A stretch of 63,438 bases of DNA, the filler included, from Anaerolineae bacterium (GTDB lineage Bacteria; Chloroflexota; Anaerolineae; Epilineales; Epilineaceae), in the NCBI GenBank assembly GCA_029262755.1. It is 5 parts of 5 records of this genome, joined end to end, with 100 filler letters (N's around TTAATTAATTAA, not from the genome) between each part and the next. Parts side by side here need not be neighbours in the genome. Positions count along the whole stretch, not along the records: positions 58,820 to 63,438 come from JAJCYU010000171.1; 4 more parts are not named here. The stretch is one strand, 5' to 3'. Below, piece after piece: positions 62,490-63,438 of this stretch. Position 1 is the first letter of the stretch. Each line of letters begins with the position of its first letter. The position numbers and the translations under genes are program-made. The notes under the pieces were generated by a model. It was not told where the DNA came from. It was given only the letters and a program-made list of their open reading frames with translations, and made no database searches.

Positions 62490-62840
62490 ATGACACTTGA
62501 GTTATTTCTCCAAAAACTGAAAGACTGTCCCGAGAACATTGAATTTAAAGATGCTTTGAGTACTATTGATTCTCTGTATGTTTTTACCCAAACATCATTC
62601 AAAAATGGTGATTTAGTTAATGAAGCAGGGCAAAACTCCGGGTCTTGTAAAATTTTCTCATTTGCCCGTCTTCATAATTTTTCACCGGAACAGACATTGG
62701 CCTGTTTTGGCAGTTACTATCGAAATGATGTATTAACGCATCCTGAAAACAGTGATCATCAGAATATTCGGAATTTCATAAAAACAGGTTGGTCCGGAAT
62801 TGAATTTGACAGTGAGCCTCTAAAGGCTAAGACTGTATAG
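62490..62840 (+). CDS. HopJ-like family protein
   Basis: F.NG...NEAGQNSGSCKIF, LACFG.YY, DHQNIRNFIKTGW. Confidence 0.88.
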   Translation: MTLELFLQKLKDCPENIEFKDALSTIDSLYVFTQTSFKNGDLVNEAGQNSGSCKIFSFARLHNFSPEQTLACFGSYYRNDVLTHPENSDHQNIRNFIKTGWSGIEFDSEPLKAKTV

Positions 62841-62940
62841 TTGATAAATATGTAAGAGAAAGCCTGATATTTTGGTTTGTTGCACTCCCATTAAATGATT
62901 CAGAGATTAGAAAGAACCAAACACTGCAGGTATTTTTAAC

Positions 62941-63438
62941 ATGAGTATCACACAAAGAGACATCGTAAAACAATCAGCAGAACAAAAAGAGGATGATAAC
63001 TGGCGTGACGTTTTGTATGACGTTATTTTCAAAGCGGACACTGTACCGGGCAAAACCTTTGATATTGCAATAATAGTAATTATTGCTTTGAGCGTAATAA
63101 CGGTTATTATTAACACTGTTGATTCTATAGAGCAAGAGTATGGACCCATTCTGCATATAGCAGAATGGGTCTTTACCATAATCTTTACTATTGAGTATAT
63201 CTTAAGATTGATTTGCTGCAAAAGACCTGCTGCCTACGCGCGCAGTTTTTTTGGAGTTGTTGATCTTTTTTCTATTGTCCCAACCTATATCAGTGTTTTT
63301 CTACCAGGCAGTCATGTTTTACTTGTAGTGCGCATCCTTAGAGTGCTCCGGATATTCCGGGTCCTCAAGCTTGTCAAGTATATTGGCGAATCTGAATTGC
63401 TCATAGATGCTTTACGGTCAAGCCGACGAAAGATCACT
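62941..63438 (+). CDS. Voltage-gated K+ channel-type ion transporter, 3'-truncated (not in the ORF track)
   Basis: Manual translation MSITQRD..IFKADT..FD..EW.FTIIFTIEYILR..VDL..VRILRVLRIFRVLKL (S4 voltage sensor). Confidence 0.9.
   Translation, partial: MSITQRDIVKQSAEQKEDDNWRDVLYDVIFKADTVPGKTFDIAIIVIIALSVITVIINTVDSIEQEYGPILHIAEWVFTIIFTIEYILRLICCKRPAAYARSFFGVVDLFSIVPTYISVFLPGSHVLLVVRILRVLRIFRVLKLVKYIGESELLIDALRSSRRKIT

Noticed and set aside
62490..62840. Type III secretion effector
   Set aside because: HopJ-like proteins are widespread in non-pathogens; no T3SS genes nearby

Overview
The window is a concatenation of five unlinked contigs (1-16134, 16235-30126, 30227-51068, 51169-58719, 58820-63438). 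They are joined by artificial 100-nt spacers (N-run, TTAATTAATTAA, N-run). Contigs 1-4 are very GC-rich and look like one Chloroflexota-type bacterium (inferred from the protein types). They carry housekeeping and metabolic genes (penicillin-acylase-type Ntn hydrolase, M20 peptidases, enoyl-CoA hydratase, aldo/keto reductase, rnz, recD), a surface-glycosylation operon, a HerA-like ATPase, a SARP-STAND-TPR regulator and many large secreted proteins with Pro/Thr-rich linkers. Contig 5 is AT-rich and comes from an unrelated organism (pgpA, fused DhaK-DhaL kinase, rhodanese, HopJ-like protein, K+ channel). The strongest candidate for an undescribed system is a short shared motif, [hydrophobic]-x-L-P-[W/L/A]-x(1-4)-R. 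It occurs in six otherwise unrelated secreted proteins at C-terminal, N-terminal and internal positions, suggesting a cell-surface docking or sorting tag. A second candidate is a 4-Cys C-terminal module. Other features the ORF track does not show are a 159-bp MITE with a TAA target duplication, a decayed copy of the typA/bipA 3' end beside an orphaned toxin-antitoxin module, and an in-frame recoded 3' end of a giant subtilase. A PII-like/cation-antiporter pair and a eukaryote-like dihydroxyacetone kinase also merit follow-up. No rRNA, tRNA, CRISPR array, integrase or transposase was seen. All calls are by eye from motifs; no database searches were run.
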